Source: Elusimicrobiales bacterium (lineage in GTDB: Bacteria; Elusimicrobiota; Elusimicrobia; Elusimicrobiales; UBA9959). Taken from it: 17,330 bases of DNA. Positions 15,755-17,330 of this stretch are shown here, in pieces. Each line of letters opens with the position of its first letter. The first letter of the stretch is position 1. The notes under the pieces are model-generated. The model was not told the DNA's origin and did not search any database. It was given only the letters and a program-made list of their open reading frames with translations. The position numbers and the translations under genes were made by a program. Where the stretch lies: assembly GCA_049972095.1 (NCBI GenBank), contig JBMFKQ010000005.1:1-17330 (forward strand), written 5' to 3'.

Positions 15755-17179
15755 TTATTGTCTTTCAATTCTCCTTATGTAGCGTGTATGAAACTCCTTG
15801 AGCTTTCTAACAAGCTCTTTTATTTCATTTATAGGGGGAAGAAATGCTATTCTAAAATGATATGTGTGAGGTTTTTGACCAAAACCAGAGCCAGGCACAA
15901 CACATATCCCTGTTTCCTCAAGAAGATTCATACAGTAATCAAAATCTCTTTTTGATTCATACTCAATAATCTCTTTTTCACTCATCATATCAGTATTTAT
16001 TGTCTTTTGGGGTGGGAGATCTATCCTAACAAAGGCATACATGGCACCATACGGAGCTTTAAGAGACATTCCTTTTATTTTATTCAGCTCCTCTCCAAGT
16101 ATTTCAGCTTTTTTCTTCAATTCACTAAGTATATTTTTCTTTTCTTTTTCATAGAGCTCATAGCTCTCGTCATTTTCCCGTGGAGGATTTACCATTGCAT
16201 ATGTGATGATCTGACCTGCTGTGTTAGCACATAGCCCTATTGATTGGAGTTTTACAAGCTCCATATAAACATCCGTAGGAAGGTTTCTGATCTCCATATA
16301 ACCACCTCTGTGACCGCATTCACCTAAAAATCCTTTTGATGTTGAGTGAAAGCTGAAAAGCCATACATCCTTTATATTCATCTCCTCCATAACTGAAGCA
16401 AAGGAATTGAATCTGTGTGAGGAAGAGTATATATTTTCCTGATAAACTTCATCTGCAAGAATTGCTATATTATATTTTCTTGCAAAGTTTATTATCATTC
16501 TTATATTTTCTCTTGAAAGAACACTTCCTGTTGGGTTTCCTGGGTTTATTACAACTATAGCTTTTGGATTTATTCCTTTGCCTATAGCCTCTTTAATACT
16601 TCGTTCAAGCTCTTGCTCGTTTAGCTCCCAGTGTTTATCTTCATCGAGATAATAATTTATTTGAGATGCACCGTAGAGTGATATTGTGGCGCTATATAGA
16701 GGATATTGTGGCACTGGTATCATAAAGCCTGAACTTGAGTTTTCGCTAAGCGCAAGCATTACAGCTTGTATGCCTTTTGATGCTCCATCTGTTAAAATTA
16801 TTCTTGTCGGATCCGATTTGATTCCATCGCGCTTTGATATAAAATCAGCAACAGCCTTTCTTATAAAACTCATACCCTCACTCTGGGTATATGCACCAAG
16901 CCCTGCAGGGTTTTCCGATAGTATGAATTTTATTTTTTCTTTTATATCCTTTGGAAAGGCTTTTGAGGTTAATGGGTCTTTGATTAGATATGGATATTCT
17001 ACCCCAGCAAGAAGCTGTCTTATGTATGTAAGAGGTTTTTGTTTAAGAGCTTGAGGATTTCCTATGTTGCAGTAGATTATTTTTTTGCCTTCTCTCTCAA
17101 GCTCATAAGCCCTTTGAACGATTTTACCTCTAACAGCATAGCTTGCCTTTATAAGGTTTGGGTTAATATTAATCTTCAT
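15755..17179 (-). CDS. Alanine aminotransferase (PLP-dependent class I), long eukaryote-like GPT/ALT type
   Basis: YAVRG, CNIGNPQAL.QKPLTY.RQ, GAYTQSEG, LTDGAS, PVPQYPLYSA, INPGNPTG, LADEVYQENIY, SFHSTSKG (PLP Lys) FLGECGHRGGYME, VVPGSGFGQ...TYHFR. Start taken at ATG 17179 behind an AGGGGG SD rather than GTG 17185. Confidence 0.9.
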   Translation of the reverse strand: MKININPNLIKASYAVRGKIVQRAYELEREGKKIIYCNIGNPQALKQKPLTYIRQLLAGVEYPYLIKDPLTSKAFPKDIKEKIKFILSENPAGLGAYTQSEGMSFIRKAVADFISKRDGIKSDPTRIILTDGASKGIQAVMLALSENSSSGFMIPVPQYPLYSATISLYGASQINYYLDEDKHWELNEQELERSIKEAIGKGINPKAIVVINPGNPTGSVLSRENIRMIINFARKYNIAILADEVYQENIYSSSHRFNSFASVMEEMNIKDVWLFSFHSTSKGFLGECGHRGGYMEIRNLPTDVYMELVKLQSIGLCANTAGQIITYAMVNPPRENDESYELYEKEKKNILSELKKKAEILGEELNKIKGMSLKAPYGAMYAFVRIDLPPQKTINTDMMSEKEIIEYESKRDFDYCMNLLEETGICVVPGSGFGQKPHTYHFRIAFLPPINEIKELVRKLKEFHTRYIRRIERQ

Positions 17180-17330
17180 AGCCACCCCCTATGCTGTTAT
17201 AAATCTATTATACGATTTTAGTAAATCCTGCCGACTTTAACTTACTATAAAGAGGAAAGCCCTTTTGTATATTAACAAGCGAAAAATGCATCAAATAACA
17301 AAAAATAGTATAATCTATTGTTAGGGGTAT

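Noticed and set aside
145..17221. Shadow ORFs in the ORF track (e.g. 145..399-, 899..1186-, 2225..2599-, 8943..9266+, 11933..12427-, 12478..12966-, 14735..15124+, 16686..17054+)
   Set aside because: They lie antisense or out of frame over well-supported genes and show no recognisable motifs.
17186..17330. RNase P RNA (GAGGAAAG at ~17252) or a riboswitch upstream of the aminotransferase
   Set aside because: It reads GAGGAAAGCCC, not GAGGAAAGTCC, and lacks supporting helices. The region is better explained as divergent promoters (minus TATAAT 17207-17212, plus TATAAT 17309-17314) for a gene starting beyond the window.
1..17330. CRISPR array, IS element or tandem repeat array
   Set aside because: No regularly spaced repeats, terminal inverted repeats with a transposase, or cas genes were seen by eye.

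Overview
AT-rich bacterial chromosome segment, probably from a diderm. Elusimicrobiota is a weak guess from protein style only. Bases 1-~2040 look accessory: the 3' end of a DUF318/ArsP-like permease, a small CxxC thioredoxin-fold protein, a DUF2490-like outer-membrane barrel gene broken by one in-frame TAG, and a SagB/ThcOx-type nitroreductase. The rest is densely packed housekeeping DNA: SAM methyltransferase; nadC-birA-queG (-); beta-CASP RNase (+); ndk-alpha/beta-fold protein-murQ-uvrB (-); tmk-holB-metG (+); psd-pssA (-); tRNA-Leu(UAA) (-); and an alanine aminotransferase of the long, eukaryote-like GPT/ALT type (-). I found no CRISPR array, transposase, integrase or defence system, and nothing I can support as a new multi-gene system. 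The best leads are the eukaryote-like ALT, a secreted alpha/beta hydrolase that seems to lack its catalytic triad, a shared leaderless-start motif at nadC and psd, palindromic divergent promoters, the decaying DUF2490 gene with attC-like relics, and a possibly structured ~150-nt element between tRNA-Leu and psd.
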